Assembly: GCF_006345805.1 (NCBI RefSeq)
Contig: NW_021828450.1
Span: 1 to 8,106 of the forward strand
Direction: 5' to 3'
From: Octopus sinensis
Lineage: Eukaryota
DNA: 8,106 nucleotides
The first letter of the stretch is position 1, and the number at the start of each line of letters is the position of its first letter. Below, piece by piece: positions 6,950 to 8,106 of this stretch. Made by a program: the position numbers and the translations under genes. Under the pieces are notes generated by a model. It did not search any database and was not told the origin of the DNA. It saw nothing but the letters and a program-made list of their open reading frames with translations.

Positions 6950-7160
6950 TCATCTTCATGTTTGCGTGTGTGTTTTTTGTGCATATGACATTTATGCATG
7001 TCACTTTGCGCATGTGCATGCCATGTGTATATGGAGTATGAGTATTTGTGCGAGTGACTGTGCATGCATGTTTGGGAGGAGGATATGTACATCTATGGGG
7101 TGTTTGTGAGTGCGCGCGTGTGTGTGTAAGTAAATGTGGGTGTGGGGTGTATGTGGCTGC
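6950..7160. repeat. Degenerate (TG)-rich low-complexity tract
   Basis: GTGT, GCAT and TGTG units throughout. Confidence 0.75.
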
Positions 7161-7224
7161 ACAAAAAGTGTACGTGCTTCTGTCAGATCGACTCGTCAAC
7201 CCTCTCACCTGACCTGCAATTTAC

Positions 7225-7404
7225 ACAACCTCTATCTCATACACACATTTATCATATACACACACACACATACACACACACGCACATGTCACTTATAAAC
7301 GATACGTACGCTCATACCGTTTTACGTACCTGCTTTAAAAATATTAGTCATTGAGTTTCACTTTCTTATATTTATATTTATAAACACACACACACATATA
7401 TATA
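7225..7404. repeat. CA/TA-rich low-complexity tract
   Basis: (CA)n at about 7258-7285 and 7384-7396, then (TA)n. Confidence 0.7.
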
Positions 7405-7458
7405 GACGCAGGTGTAGTAAGAAGCTTGCTTCCCAACCACATGGTTTCGGGTTCAATT
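7405..7458 (+). mobile_element. Head-only fragment of a second tRNA-derived SINE family
   Basis: GACGCAGGTGTAGTAAGAAGCTTGCTTCCCAACCACATGGTTTCGGGTTCAATT has a tRNA-like layout with B-box GGGTTCAATT (7449-7458). From memory it matches the 5' end of a common octopus SINE with a short deletion in the A-box. Similarity stops right after the B-box. Confidence 0.75.
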
Positions 7459-7459
7459 A

Positions 7460-8106
7460 CTAGAAAATTGAGGAAGAGGAAAAAAGAAATTTACAATGTT
7501 TTTTCAAAAAATAATAATAAATATATACAAAAATTAATAAATAAGTAAACCGATACATTGTAGAGTCTTTATGCTTTTAGAGTTCAATAATAGTCCTTGG
7601 AAAAATTTCTTTGGAGGATTAAGATCCATGTGATTAAAAGTGGTGCTTAGTTTAAAGTGTTTGGTAAAAGAGTGTCAAAACAGGAAATGGGATAGGAGTT
7701 ATCCAGTTCCTGTGAGTAAGGGGAGACAACTCTGTGGATGTTATGCTCTTCAATTGGAATGATGGATTTTTTGTCAAATAGGATGCTTATATCAATCTTT
7801 TGTAAGATAGGATGCTAGAAAAAGGAGTATGGTCATCGTGGAGTTTGCATATTAAGATGCGTTTGGAATTTTTCAATAAAAAGATTCTCCTTGTTGATTC
7901 TTTCTTGTGTAGGGATTCCGTCTTTACATTGGTAGAAAGGGAATATGTGAAATTTAGGATTTTTGCCTCTAGCGCAAGAGTCTATGTGGCTACTTAGTGG
8001 AATTTGACGGTATTGTGGGAGATGTATCTGTTCTTTATGGACCGCTACTTTTCTACGTAAAAGAAGGCTCGTTTGTCCTACATAATTGTGTTGGCAACCG
8101 GCGCAT
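7460..8106 (-). mobile_element. Penelope-like element, 3' part (GIY-YIG endonuclease C-terminus plus downstream region); continues beyond the window
   Basis: GIY-YIG frame at 8105-7833, followed by AT-rich non-coding sequence. The left boundary is inferred from the junction with the SINE head and is uncertain. Confidence 0.8.
7833..8105 (-). CDS. Partial ORF: GIY-YIG endonuclease domain of a Penelope-like retroelement (5' end outside the window)
   Basis: 90 stop-free codons: CAGCQHNYVGQTSLLLRRKVAVHKEQIHLPQYRQIPLSSHIDSCARGKNPKFHIFPFYQCKDGIPTQERINKENLFIEKFQTHLNMQTPR*. Shows CxxC, YVGQT, R, H..H, ExxFI and LN, the PLE endonuclease pattern with its CCHH motif. Confidence 0.88.
   Translation of the reverse strand, partial: CAGCQHNYVGQTSLLLRRKVAVHKEQIHLPQYRQIPLSSHIDSCARGKNPKFHIFPFYQCKDGIPTQERINKENLFIEKFQTHLNMQTPR

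Noticed and set aside
6350-7092. Minus-strand His/Ile/Pro-rich ORFs (100 and 220 aa) and the plus-strand Met-rich ORF
   Set aside because: Alternative frames of the same trinucleotide tract; His-rich metal-binding function is not supported.
7769-7816. 19-bp imperfect tandem repeat (7769-7787 and 7798-7816, 17/19 identical)
   Set aside because: Real but minor; short tandem duplications are ordinary in retroelement UTRs.
7460-7832. Hammerhead ribozyme expected in Penelope pseudo-LTRs
   Set aside because: I found no CUGANGA...GAAA core on the minus strand; the nearby CGAAAC belongs to the antisense SINE head.
7812-7997. Plus-strand 61-aa ORF
   Set aside because: Antisense to the Penelope GIY-YIG frame.
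1-8106. CRISPR array or prokaryotic system
   Set aside because: There is no repeat-spacer periodicity or operon-like coding density; the content is eukaryotic retroelements and microsatellites.

Overview
AT-rich animal genomic DNA with no recognisable host gene; most ORFs in the supplied track are translations of simple repeats. The SINE sequences and the dense (TA)n/(CA)n/(TTA)n/(GAT)n load look like an octopus (coleoid cephalopod) intron or intergenic region, a call made from memory rather than a search. Mobile elements on the minus strand: (1) a 5'-truncated RTE LINE 3' end (3647-3840) inside (TA)n; (2) the decayed 5' half of an R4/Dong-clade LINE (4030-5460), whose 5' end abuts a (TAA)n array and which breaks just before the RT domain; (3) the GIY-YIG endonuclease end of a Penelope-like element (about 7460-8106), missed by the ORF track because it runs off the window. 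On the plus strand there are four tRNA-derived SINE copies: two full-length with a shared head and different tails, one old relic, and one head-only fragment of another family. I found no convincing new biological system. The best leads are the co-oriented Dong-5'/RTE-3' juxtaposition, the SINE tail swap, and overlapping alternative hairpins in a SINE head.
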